This document shows positions 37,501-51,700 of a DNA stretch of 64,000 nucleotides, piece by piece. Under the pieces are notes generated by a model. That model had not been told where the DNA came from and did not search any database. It worked only from the letters and a program-made list of their open reading frames with translations. Within the stretch, counting starts at the first letter, position 1; every line of letters begins with the position of its first letter. A program made the position numbers and the translations under genes. The DNA comes from Auanema rhodensis. Taxonomy: Eukaryota; Animalia; Nematoda. Location of the stretch: NCBI GenBank assembly GCA_964057225.1, contig OZ059898.1, positions 3,348,001 to 3,412,000 of the forward strand. Reading direction: 5' to 3'.

Positions 37501-40500
37501 ATGCATCATTTTTCAAACGATCATAACTAATTTTTGTATTAAGCGTTTTTCAATGTAGTATAGTGCATTCGATGCGGATTTTTAAGCTGCGTCGATCTGT
37601 GTTATCAGATTTGCGCTAGCTTAAAAATGCACCGAGATATCAACTGATATAAGTTCACACTTATATCCTCGATTTTCACCCTGAAGAATTAATTTTCTCG
37701 TTGAATAACATTGTCCATCGTCTTTGCCTTGAAAAAAGGAATCTAAAAACATCTACTTTTTGCTAAATTATTTTGAAATTTTTCGAAAAAAGTTTTGTCA
37801 AAATGTTTTTGGAAGCAATGTTGAGTGTACATGGAAACTCAACATACACTAATGCATCATTTTTCAAACGATCATAACTAATTTTTGTATTAAGCTTTTC
37901 TCAATGTAGTATAGTGCATTCGATGCGGATTTTCAAGCTGCGTCGATCTGTGTTATCAGATTTGCGCTAGCTTAAAAATGCACCGAGATATCAACTGATA
38001 TAAGTTCACACTTATATCTTCGATTTTCACCCTGAAGAAATAATTTTTTCGTTGAATAACATTGTCCATCGTCTTTGCTTTGAAAAAAGGATTCTAAAAA
38101 CATCTACTTTTTGCTAAATTATTTTGAAATTTTTCGAAAAAAGTTTTGTCAAAATGTTTTTGGAAGCAATGTTGAGTGTACATGGAAACTCAACATACAC
38201 TAATGCATCATTTTTCAAACGATCATAACTAATTTTTGTATTAAGCTTTTCTCAATGTAGTATAGTGCATTCGATGCGGATTTTTAAGCTGCGTCGATCT
38301 GTGTTATCAGATTTGCGCTAGCTTAAAAATGCACCGAGATATCAACTGATATAAGTTCACACTTATATCCTCGATTTTCACCCTGAAGAATTAATTTTTT
38401 CGTTGAATAACATTGTCTATCGTCTTTGCCTTGAAAAATGGAATCTAAAAACATCTACTTTTTGCTAAATTATTCTGAAATTTTTCGAAAAAATTTTTGT
38501 CAAAATGTTTTTGGAAGCAATGTTGAGTGTACATGGAAACTCAACATACACTAATGCATCATTTTTCAAACGATCATAACTAATTTTTGTATCAAGCGTT
38601 TTTCAATGTAGTATAGTGCATTCGATGCGGATTTTTAAGCTGCGTCGATCTTTGTTATCAGATTTGCGCTAGCTTAAAAATGCACCGAGATATCAACTGA
38701 TACAAGTTCACACTTATATCTTCGATTTTCACCCTGAAGAAATAATTTTTTCGTTGAATAACATTGTCCATCGTCTTTGCTTTGAAAAAAGGATTCTAAA
38801 AACATCTACTTTTTGCTAAATTATTTTGAAATTTTTCGAAAAAATTTTTGTCAAAATGTTTTTGGAAGCAATGTTGAGTGTACATGGAAACTCAACATAC
38901 ACTAATGCATCATTTTTCAAACGATCATAACTAATTTTTGTATCAAGCGTTTCTTAATGTTGTATAGTGCATTCGATCCGGATTTTTAAGCTGCGTCGAT
39001 CTGTGTTATCAGATTTGCGCTAGCTTAAAAATGCACCGAGATATCAACTGATATAAGTTCACACTTATATCCTCGATTTTCACCCTGAAGAAATAATTTT
39101 TTCGTTGAATAACATCGTCCATCGTCTTTGCCTTGAAAAAAGGAATCTAAAAACATCTACTTTCTGCTAAATTATTTTGAAATTTTTCGAAAAAATTTTT
39201 GTCAAAATGTTTTTGGAAGCAATGTTGAGTGTACATGGAAACTCAACATACACTAATGCATCATTTTTCAAACGATCATAACTAATTTTTGTATCAAGCG
39301 TTCCTCAATGTAGTAAAGTGCATTCGATGCGGATTTTTAAGCTGCGTCGATCTGTGTTATCAGATTTGCGCTAGCTTAAAAATGCACCGAGATATCAACT
39401 GATATAAGTTCACACTTATATCCTCGATTTTCACCCTGAAGAATTAATTTGTTCGTTGAATAACATTGTCTATCGTCTTTGCCTTGAGAAATGGAATCTA
39501 AAAACATCTACTTTTTGCTAAATTATTCTGAAATTTTTCGAAAAAATTTTTGTCAAAATGTTTTTGGAAGCAATGTTGAGTGTACATGGAAACTCAACAT
39601 ACACTAATGCATCATTTTTCAAACGATCATAACTAATTTTTGTATCAAGCGTTTTTCAATGTAGTATAGTGCATTCGATCCGGATTTTCAAGCTGCGTCG
39701 ATCTGTGTTATCAGATTTGCGCTAGCTTAAAAATGCACCGAGATATCAACTGATACAAGTTCACACTTATATCTTCGATTTTCACCCTGAAGAAATAATT
39801 TTTTCGTTGAATAACATTGTCCATCGTCTTTGCTTTGAAAAAAGGATTCTAAAAACATCTACTTTTTGCTAAATTATTTTGAAATTTTTCGAAAAAAGTT
39901 TTGTCAAAATGTTTTTGGAAGCAATGTTGAGTGTACATGGAAACTCAACATACACTAATGCATCATTTTTCAAACGATCATAACTAATTTTTGTATTAAG
40001 CGTTTTTCAATGTAGTATAGTGCATTCGATGCGGATTTTTAAGCTGCGTCGATCTTTGTTATCAGATTTGCGCTAGCTTAAAAATGCACCGAGATATCAA
40101 CTGATACAAGTTCACACTTATATCTTCGATTTTCACCCTGAAGAAATAATTTTTTCGTTGAATAACATCGTCCATCGTCTTTGCCTTGAAAAAAGGAATC
40201 TAAAAACATCTACTTTCTGCTAAATTATTTTGAAATTTTTCGAAAAAATTTTTGTCAAAATGTTTTTGGAAGCAATGTTGAGTGTACATGGAAACTCAAC
40301 ATACACTAATGCATCATTTTTCAAACGATCATAACTAATTTTTGTATTAAGCGTTTCTCAATGTAGTAAAGTGCATTCGATGCGGATTTTTAAGCTGCGT
40401 CGATCTGTGTTATCAGATTTGCGCTAGCTTAAAAATGCACCGAGATATCAACTGATATAAGTTCACACTTATATCCTCGATTTTCACCCTGAAGAAATAA

Positions 40501-41414
40501 TTTTTTCGTTGAATAACATCGTCCATCGTCTTTGCCTTGAAAAAAGGAATCTAAAAACATCTACTTTCTGCTAAATTATTTTGAAATTTTTCGAAAAAAT
40601 TTTTGTCAAAATGTTTTTGGAAGCAATGTTGAGTGTACATGGAAACTCAACATACACTAATGCATCATTTTTCAAACGATCATAACTAATTTTTGTATCA
40701 AGCGTTTCTTAATGTTGTATAGTGCATTCGATCCGGATTTTTAAGCTGCGTCGATCTGTGTTATCAGATTTGCGCTAGCTTAAAAATGCACCGAGATATC
40801 AACTGATATAAGTTCACACTTATATCCTCGATTTTCACCCTGAAGAAATAATTTTTTCGTTGAATAACATCGTCCATCGTCTTTGCCTTGAAAAAAGGAA
40901 TCTAAAAACATCTACTTTCTGCTAAATTATTTTGAAATTTTTCGAAAAAATTTTTGTCAAAATGTTTTTGGAAGCAATGTTGAGTGTACATGGAAACTCA
41001 ACATACACTAATGCATCATTTTTCAAACGATCATAACTAATTTTTGTATTAAGCGTTTCTCAATGTAGTAAAGTGCATTCGATGCGGATTTTTAAGCTGC
41101 GTCGATCTGTGTTATCAGATTTGCGCTAGCTTAAAAATGCACCGAGATATCAACTGATATAAGTTCACACTTATATCCTCGATTTTCACCCTGAAGAATT
41201 AATTTGTTCGTTGAATAACATTGTCTATCGTCTTTGCCTTGAGAAATGGAATCTAAAAACATCTACTTTTTGCTAAATTATTCTGAAATTTTTCGAAAAA
41301 ATTTTTGTCAAAATGTTTTTGGAAGCAATGTTGAGTGTACATGGAAACTCAACATACACTAATGCATCATTTTTCAAACGATCATAACTAATTTTTGTAT
41401 TAAGCGTTTTTCAA
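31587..41414. repeat. Older duplicated block of ~14-16 monomers (M91-M103 vs M105-M118), since edited by monomer gain and loss
   Basis: The private variant gcgttCctc occurs at 33687 and 39303 (5616 = 16x351). Haplotype order is shared: M96-98 = M112-114, M101-102 = M116-117, and M91-94 resembles M105-109. Confidence 0.75.
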
Positions 41415-44400
41415 TGTAGTATAGTGCATTCGATGCGGATTTTTAAGCTGCGTCGATCTGTGTTATCAGATTTGCGCTAGCTTAAAAATGCACCGAGATA
41501 TCAACTGATATAAGTTCACACTTATATCCTCGATTTTCACCCTGAAGAATCAATTTTTTCGTTGAATAACATTGTCTATCGTCTTTGCCTTGAAAAATGG
41601 AATCTAAAAACATCTACTTTTTGCTAAATTATTTTGAAATTTTTCGAAAAAATTTTTGTCAAAATGTTTTTGGAAGCAATGTTGAGTGTACATGGAAACT
41701 CAACATACACTAATGCATCATTTTTCAAACGATCATAACTAATTTTTGTATCAAGCGTTTTTCAATGTAGTATAGTGCATTCGATGCGGATTTTTAAGCT
41801 GCGTCGATCTGTGTTATCAGATTTGCGCTAGCTTAAAAATGCACCGAGATATCAACTGATACAAGTTCACACTTATATCTTCGATTTTCACCCTGAAGAA
41901 ATAATTTTTTCGTTGAATAACATTGTCCATCGTCTTTGCTTTGAAAAAAGGATTCTAAAAACATCTACTTTTTGCTAAATTATTTTGAAATTTTTCGAAA
42001 AAAGTTTTGTCAAAATGTTTTTGGAAGCAATGTTGAGTGTACATGGAAACTCAACATACACTAATGCATCATTTTTCAAACGATCATAACTAATTTTTGT
42101 ATTAAGCTTTTCTCAATGTAGTATAGTGCATTCGATGCGGATTTTTAAGCTGCGTCGATCTGTGTTATCAGATTTGCGCTAGCTTAAAAATGCACCGAGA
42201 TATCAACTGATATAAGTTCACACTTATATCCTCGATTTTCACCCTGAAGAATTAATTTTTTCGTTGAATAACATTGTCTATCGTCTTTGCCTTGAAAAAT
42301 GGAATCTAAAAACATCTACTTTTTGCTAAATTATTCTGAAATTTTTCGAAAAAATTTTTGTCAAAATGTTTTTGGAAGCAATGTTGAGTGTACATGGAAA
42401 CTCAACATACACTAATGCATCATTTTTCAAACGATCATAACTAATTTTTGTATCAAGCGTTTTTCAATGTAGTATAGTGCATTCGATGCGGATTTTTAAG
42501 CTGCGTCGATCTGTGTTATCAGATTTGCGCTAGCTTAAAAATGCACCGAGATATCAACTGATACAAGTTCACACTTATATCTTCGATTTTCACCCTGAAG
42601 AAATAATTTTTTCGTTGAATAACATTGTCCATCGTCTTTGCTTTGAAAAAAGGATTCTAAAAACATCTACTTTTTGCTAAATTATTTTGAAATTTTTCGA
42701 AAAAATTTTTGTCAAAATGTTTTTGGAAGCAATGTTGAGTGTACATGGAAACTCAACATACACTAATGCATCATTTTTCAAACGATCATAACTAATTTTT
42801 GTATCAAGCGTTTCTTAATGTTGTATAGTGCATTCGATCCGGATTTTTAAGCTGCGGTGATCTGTGTTATCAGATTTGCGCTAGCTTAAAAATGCACCGA
42901 GATATCAACTGATACAAGTTCACACTTATATCTTCGATTTTCACCCTGAAGAAATAATTTTTTCGTTGAATAACATTGTCCATCGTCTTTGCTTTGAAAA
43001 AAGGATTCTAAAAACATCTACTTTTTGCTAAATTATTTTGAAATTTTTCGAAAAAATTTTTGTCAAAATGTTTTTGGAAGCAATGTTGAGTGTACATGGA
43101 AACTCAACATACACTAATGCATCATTTTTCAAACGATCATAACTAATTTTTGTATTAAGCTTTTCTCAATGTAGTATAGTGCATTCGATGCGGATTTTTA
43201 AGCTGCGTCGATCTGTGTTATCAGATTTGCGCTAGCTTAAAAATGCACCGAGATATCAACTGATATAAGTTCACACTTATATCCTCGATTTTCACCCTGA
43301 AGAATTAATTTTTTCGTTGAATAACATTGTCTATCGTCTTTGCCTTGAAAAATGGAATCTAAAAACATCTATTTTTTGCTAAATTATTCTGAAATTTTTC
43401 GAAAAAATTTTTGTCAAAATGTTTTTGGAAGCAATGTTGAGTGTACATGGAAACTCAACATACACTAATGCATCATTTTTCAAACGATCATAACTAATTT
43501 TTGTATCAAGCGTTTCTTAATGTTGTATAGTGCATTCGATCCGGATTTTTAAGCTGCGTCGATCTGTGTTATCAGATTTGCGCTAGCTTAAAAATGCACC
43601 GAGATATCAACTGATATAAATTCACACTTATATCCTCGATTTTCACCCTGAAGAAATAATTTTTTCGTTGAATAACATCGTCCATCGTCTTTGCCTTGAA
43701 AAAAGGAATCTAAAAACATCTACTTTTTGCTAAATTATTCTGAAATTTTTCGAAAAAATTTTTGTCAAAATGTTTTTGGAAGCAATGTTGAGTGTACATG
43801 GAAACTCAACATACACTAATGCATCATTTTTCAAACGATCATAACTAATTTTTGTATCAAGCGTTTCTTAATGTTGTATAGTGCATTCGATCCGGATTTT
43901 TAAGCTGCGTCGATCTGTGTTATCAGATTTGCGCTAGCTTAAAAATGCACCGAGATATCAACTGATATAAGTTCACACTTATATCCTCGATTTTCACCCT
44001 GAAGAAATAATTTTTTCGTTGAATAACATCGTCCATCGTCTTTGCCTTGAAAAAAGGAATCTAAAAACATCTACTTTTTGCTAAATTATTTTGAAATTTT
44101 TCGAAAAAATTTTTGTCAAAATGTTTTTGGAAGCAATGTTGAGTGTACATGGAAACTCAACATACACTAATGCATCATTTTTCAAACGATCATAACTAAT
44201 TTTTGTATTAAGCTTTTCTCAATGTAGTATAGTGCATTCGATGCGGATTTTTAAGCTGCGTCGATCTGTGTTATCAGATTTGCGCTAGCTTAAAAATGCA
44301 CCGAGATATCAACTGATATAAGTTCACACTTATATCCTCGATTTTCACCCTGAAGAATTAATTTTTTCGTTGAATAACATTGTCTATCGTCTTTGCCTTG

Positions 44401-47400
44401 AAAAATGGAATCTAAAAACATCTACTTTTTGCTAAATTATTCTGAAATTTTTCGAAAAAATTTTTGTCAAAATGTTTTTGGAAGCAATGTTGAGTGTACA
44501 TGGAAACTCAACATACACTAATGCATCATTTTTCAAACGATCATAACTAATTTTTGTATCAAGCGTTTCTTAATGTTGTATAGTGCATTCGATCCGGATT
44601 TTTAAGCTGCGTCGATCTGTGTTATCAGATTTGCGCTAGCTTAAAAATGCACAGAGATATCAACTGATATAAGTTCACACTTATATCCTCGATTTTCACC
44701 CTGAAGAAATAATTTTTTCGTTGAATAACATCGTCCATCGTCTTTGCCTTGAAAAAAGGAATCTAAAAACATCTACTTTTTGCTAAATTATTCTGAAATT
44801 TTTCGAAAAAATTTTTGTCAAAATGTTTTTGGAAGCAATGTTGAGTGTACATGGAAACTCAACATACACTAATGCATCATTTTTCAAACGATCATAACTA
44901 ATTTTTGTATCAAGCGTTTTTCAATGTAGTATAGTGCATTCGATGCGGATTTTTAAGCTGCGTCGATCTGTGTTATCAGATTTGCGCTAGCTTAAAAATG
45001 CACCGAGATATCAACTGATACAAGTTCACACTTATATCTTCGATTTTCACCCTGAAGAAATAATTTTTTCGTTGAATAACATTGTCCATCGTCTTTGCTT
45101 TGAAAGAAGGATTCTAAAAACATCTACTTTTTGCTAAATTATTTTGAAATTTTTCGAAAAAATTTTTGTCAAAATGTTTTTGGAAGCAATGTTGAGTGTA
45201 CATGGAAACTCAACATACACTAATGCATCATTTTTCAAACGATCATAACTAATTTTTGTATCAAGCGTTTCTTAATGTTGTATAGTGCATTCGATCCGGA
45301 TTTTTAAGCTGCGTCGATCTGTGTTATCAGATTTGCGCTAGCTTAAAAATGCACCGAGATATCAACTGATATAAGTTCACACTTATATCCTCGATTTTCA
45401 CCCTGAAGAAATAATTTTTTCGTTGAATAACATCGTCCATCGTCTTTGCCTTGAAAAAAGGAATCTAAAAACATCTACTTTTTGCTAAATTATTTTGAAA
45501 TTTTTCGAAAAAATTTTTGTCAAAATGTTTTTGGAAGCAATGTTGAGTGTACATGGAAACTCAACATACACTAATGCATCATTTTTCAAACGATCATAAC
45601 TAATTTTTGTATCAAGCGTTTCTTAATGTTGTATAGTGCATTCGATCCGGATTTTTAAGCTGCGTCGATCTGTGTTATCAGATTTGCGCTAGCTTAAAAA
45701 TGCACAGAGATATCAACTGATATAAGTTCACACTTATATCCTCGATTTTCACCCTGAAGAAATAATTTTTTCGTTGAATAACATCGTCCATCGTCTTTGC
45801 CTTGAAAAAAGGAATCTAAAAACATCTACTTTTTGCTAAATTATTCTGAAATTTTTCGAAAAAATTTTTGTCAAAATGTTTTTGGAAGCAATGTTGAGTG
45901 TACATGGAAACTCAACATACACTAATGCATCATTTTTCAAACGATCATAACTAATTTTTGTATCAAGCGTTTTTCAATGTAGTATAGTGCATTCGATGCG
46001 GATTTTTAAGCTGCGTCGATCTGTGTTATCAGATTTGCGCTAGCTTAAAAATGCACCGAGATATCAACTGATACAAGTTCACACTTATATCTTCGATTTT
46101 CACCCTGAAGAAATAATTTTTTCGTTGAATAACATTGTCCATCGTCTTTGCTTTGAAAGAAGGATTCTAAAAACATCTACTTTTTGCTAAATTATTTTGA
46201 AATTTTTCGAAAAAATTTTTGTCAAAATGTTTTTGGAAGCAATGTTGAGTGTACATGGAAACTCAACATACACTAATGCATCATTTTTCAAACGATCATA
46301 ACTAATTTTTGTATCAAGCGTTTCTTAATGTTGTATAGTGCATTCGATCCGGATTTTTAAGCTGCGTCGATCTGTGTTATCAGATTTGCGCTAGCTTAAA
46401 AATGCACCGAGATATCAACTGATATAAGTTCACACTTATATCCTCGATTTTCACCCTGAAGAAATAATTTTTTCGTTGAATAACATCGTCCATCGTCTTT
46501 GCCTTGAAAAAAGGAATCTAAAAACATCTACTTTCTGCTAAATTATTTTGAAATTTTTCGAAAAAATTTTTGTCAAAATGTTTTTGGAAGCAATGTTGAG
46601 TGTACATGGAAACTCAACATACACTAATGCATCATTTTTCAAACGATCATAACTAATTTTTGTATTAAGCGTTTCTCAATGTAGTAAAGTGCATTCGATG
46701 CGGATTTTTAAGCTGCGTCGATCTGTGTTATCAGATTTGCGCTAGCTTAAAAATGCACCGAGATATCAACTGATATAAGTTCACACTTATATCCTCGATT
46801 TTCACCCTGAAGAATTAATTTGTTCGTTGAATAACATTGTCTATCGTCTTTGCCTTGAGAAATGGAATCTAAAAACATCTACTTTTTGCTAAATTATTTT
46901 GAAATTTTTCGAAAAAATTTTTGTCAAAATGTTTTTGGAAGCAATGTTGAGTGTACATGGAAACTCAACATACACTAATGCATCATTTTTCAAACGATCA
47001 TAACTAATTTTTGTATTAAGCGTTTTTCAATGTAGTATAGTGCATTCGATGCGGATTTTTAAGCTGCGTCGATCTGTGTTATCAGATTTGCGCTAGCTTA
47101 AAAATGCACCGAGATATCAACTGATATAAGTTCACACTTATATCCTCGATTTTCACCCTGAAGAATCAATTTTTTCGTTGAATAACATTGTCTATCGTCT
47201 TTGCCTTGAAAAATGGAATCTAAAAACATCTACTTTTCGCTAAATTATTTTGAAATTTTTCGAAAAAATTTTTGTCAAAATGTTTTTGGAAGCAATGTTG
47301 AGTGTACATGGAAACTCAACATACACTAATGCATCATTTTTCAAACGATCATAACTAATTTTTGTATCAAGCGTTTCTTAATGTTGTATAGTGCATTCGA

Positions 47401-48785
47401 TCCGGATTTTTAAGCTGCGTCGATCTGTGTTATCAGATTTGCGCTAGCTTAAAAATGCACCGAGATATCAACTGATATAAGTTCACACTTATATCCTCGA
47501 TTTTCACCCTGAAGAATTAATTTGTTCGTTGAATAACATCGTCCATCGTCTTTGCCTTGAGAAATGGAATCTAAAAACATCTACTTTTTGCTAAATTATT
47601 CTGAAATTTTTCGAAAAAATTTTTGTCAAAATGTTTTTGGAAGCAATGTTGAGTGTACATGGAAACTCAACATACACTAATGCATCATTTTTCAAACGAT
47701 CATAACTAATTTTTGTATTAAGCTTTTCTCAATGTAGTATAGTGCATTCGATGCGGATTTTTAAGCTGCGTCGATCTGTGTTATCAGATTTGCGCTAGCT
47801 TAAAAATGCACCGAGATATCAACTGATATAAGTTCACACTTATATCCTCGATTTTCACCCTGAAGAATTAATTTTTTCGTTGAATAACATTGTCTATCGT
47901 CTTTGCCTTGAAAAATGGAATCTAAAAACATCTACTTTTTGCTAAATTATTCTGAAATTTTTCGAAAAAATTTTTGTCAAAATGTTTTTGGAAGCAATGT
48001 TGAGTGTACATGGAAACTCAACATACACTAATGCATCATTTTTCAAACGATCATAACTAATTTTTGTATCAAGCGTTTCTTAATGTTGTATAGTGCATTC
48101 GATCCGGATTTTTAAGCTGCGTCGATCTGTGTTATCAGATTTGCGCTAGCTTAAAAATGCACAGAGATATCAACTGATATAAGTTCACACTTATATCCTC
48201 GATTTTCACCCTGAAGAAATAATTTTTTCGTTGAATAACATCGTCCATCGTCTTTGCCTTGAAAAAAGGAATCTAAAAACATCTACTTTTTGCTAAATTA
48301 TTCTGAAATTTTTCGAAAAAATTTTTGTCAAAATGTTTTTGGAAGCAATGTTGAGTGTACATGGAAACTCAACATACACTAATGCATCATTTTTCAAACG
48401 ATCATAACTAATTTTTGTATCAAGCGTTTTTCAATGTAGTATAGTGCATTCGATGCGGATTTTTAAGCTGCGTCGATCTGTGTTATCAGATTTGCGCTAG
48501 CTTAAAAATGCACCGAGATATCAACTGATACAAGTTCACACTTATATCTTCGATTTTCACCCTGAAGAAATAATTTTTTCGTTGAATAACATTGTCCATC
48601 GTCTTTGCTTTGAAAGAAGGATTCTAAAAACATCTACTTTTTGCTAAATTATTTTGAAATTTTTCGAAAAAATTTTTGTCAAAATGTTTTTGGAAGCAAT
48701 GTTGAGTGTACATGGAAACTCAACATACACTAATGCATCATTTTTCAAACGATCATAACTAATTTTTGTATCAAGCGTTTCTTAA

Positions 48786-51700
48786 TGTTGTATAGTGCAT
48801 TCGATCCGGATTTTTAAGCTGCGTCGATCTGTGTTATCAGATTTGCGCTAGCTTAAAAATGCACCGAGATATCAACTGATATAAGTTCACACTTATATCC
48901 TCGATTTTCACCCTGAAGAAATAATTTTTTCGTTGAATAACATCGTCCATCGTCTTTGCCTTGAAAAAAGGAATCTAAAAACATCTACTTTTTGCTAAAT
49001 TATTTTGAAATTTTTCGAAAAAATTTTTGTCAAAATGTTTTTGGAAGCAATGTTGAGTGTACATGGAAACTCAACATACACTAATGCATCATTTTTCAAA
49101 CGATCATAACTAATTTTTGTATTAAGCTTTTCTCAATGTAGTATAGTGCATTCGATGCGGATTTTTAAGCTGCGTCGATCTGTGTTATCAGATTTGCGCT
49201 AGCTTAAAAATGCACCGAGATATCAACTGATATAAGTTCACACTTATATCCTCGATTTTCACCCTGAAGAATTAATTTTTTCGTTGAATAACATTGTCTA
49301 TCGTCTTTGCCTTGAAAAATGGAATCTAAAAACATCTACTTTTTGCTAAATTATTTTGAAATTTTTCGAAAAAATTTTTGTCAAAATGTTTTTGGAAGCA
49401 ATGTTGAGTGTACATGGAAACTCAACATACACTAATGCATCATTTTTCAAACGATCATAACTAATTTTTGTATCAAGCGTTTTTCAATGTAGTATAGTGC
49501 ATTCGATGCGGATTTTTAAGCTGCGTCGATCTGTGTTATCAGATTTGCGCTAGCTTAAAAATGCACCGAGATATCAACTGATACAAGTTCACACTTATAT
49601 CCTCGATTTTCACCCTGAAGAATTAATTTTCTCGTTGAATAACATTGTCCATCGTCTTTGCCTTGAAAAAAGGAATCTAAAAACATCTACTTTTTGCTAA
49701 ATTATTTTGAAATTTTCCGAAAAAATTTTTGTCAAAATGTTTTTGGAAGCAATGTTGAGTGTACATGGAAACTCAACATACACTAATGCATCATTTTTCA
49801 AACGATCATAACTAATTTTTGTATCAAGCGTTTTTCAATGTAGTATAGTGCATTCGATGCGGATTTTTAAGCTGCGTCGATCTGTGTTATCAGATTTGCG
49901 CTAGCTTAAAAATGCACCGAGATATCAACTGATACAAGTTCACACTTATATCTTCGATTTTCACCCTGAAGAAATAATTTTTTCGTTGAATAACATTGTC
50001 CATCGTCTTTGCTTTGAAAAAAGGATTCTAAAAACATCTACTTTTTGCTAAATTATTTTGAAATTTTTCGAAAAAATTTTTGTCAAAATGTTTTTGGAAG
50101 CAATGTTGAGTGTACATGGAAACTCAACATACACTAATGCATCATTTTTCAAACGATCATAACTAATTTTTGTATCAAGCGTTTCTTAATGTTGTATAGT
50201 GCATTCGATCCGGATTTTTAAGCTGCGTCGATCTGTGTTATCAGATTTGCGCTAGCTTAAAAATGCACCGAGATATCAACTGATATAAGTTCACACTTAT
50301 ATCCTCGATTTTCACCCTGAAGAAATAATTTTTTCGTTGAATAACATCGTCCATCGTCTTTGCCTTGAAAAAAGGAATCTAAAAACATCTACTTTTTGCT
50401 AAATTATTTTGAAATTTTTCGAAAAAATTTTTGTCAAAATGTTTTTGGAAGCAATGTTGAGTGTACATGGAAACTCAACATACACTAATGCATCATTTTT
50501 CAAACGATCATAACTAATTTTTGTATTAAGCTTTTCTCAATGTAGTATAGTGCATTCGATGCGGATTTTTAAGCTGCGTCGATCTGTGTTATCAGATTTG
50601 CGCTAGCTTAAAAATGCACCGAGATATCAACTGATATAAGTTCACACTTATATCCTCGATTTTCACCCTGAAGAATTAATTTTTTCGTTGAATAACATTG
50701 TCTATCGTCTTTGCCTTGAAAAATCGAATCTAAAAACATCTACTTTTCGCTAAATTATTTTGAAATTTTTCGAAAAAATTTTTGTCAAAATGTTTTTGGA
50801 AGCAATGTTGAGTGTACATGGAAACTCAACATACACTAATGCATCATTTTTCAAACGATCATAACTAATTTTTGTATCAAGCGTTTTTCAATGTAGTATA
50901 GTGCATTCGATCCGGATTTTTAAGCTGCGTCGATCTTTGTTATCAGATTTGCGCTAGCTTAAAAATGCACCGAGATATCAACTGATATAAGTTCACACTT
51001 ATATCCTCGATTTTCACCCTGAAGAAATAATTTTTTCGTTGAATAACATCGTCCATCGTCTTTGCCTTGAAAAAAGGAATCTAAAAACATCTACTTTTTG
51101 CTAAATTATTCTGAAATTTTTCGAAAAAATTTTTGTCAAAATGTTTTTGGAAGCAATGTTGAGTGTACATGGAAACTCAACATACACTAATGCATCATTT
51201 TTCAAACGATCATAACTAATTTTTGTATCAAGCGTTTCTTAATGTTGTATAGTGCATTCGATCCGGATTTTTAAGCTGCGTCGATCTGTGTTATCAGATT
51301 TGCGCTAGCTTAAAAATGCACCGAGATATCAACTGATATAAGTTCACACTTATATCCTCGATTTTCACCCTGAAGAAATAATTTTTTCGTTGAATAACAT
51401 CGTCCATCGTCTTTGCCTTGAAAAAAGGAATCTAAAAACATCTACTTTTTGCTAAATTATTTTGAAATTTTTCGAAAAAATTTTTGTCAAAATGTTTTTG
51501 GAAGCAATGTTGAGTGTACATGGAAACTCAACATACACTAATGCATCATTTTTCAAACGATCATAACTAATTTTTGTATTAAGCTTTTCTCAATGTAGTA
51601 TAGTGCATTCGATGCGGATTTTTAAGCTGCGTCGATCTGTGTTATCAGATTTGCGCTAGCTTAAAAATGCACCGAGATATCAACTGATATAAGTTCACAC

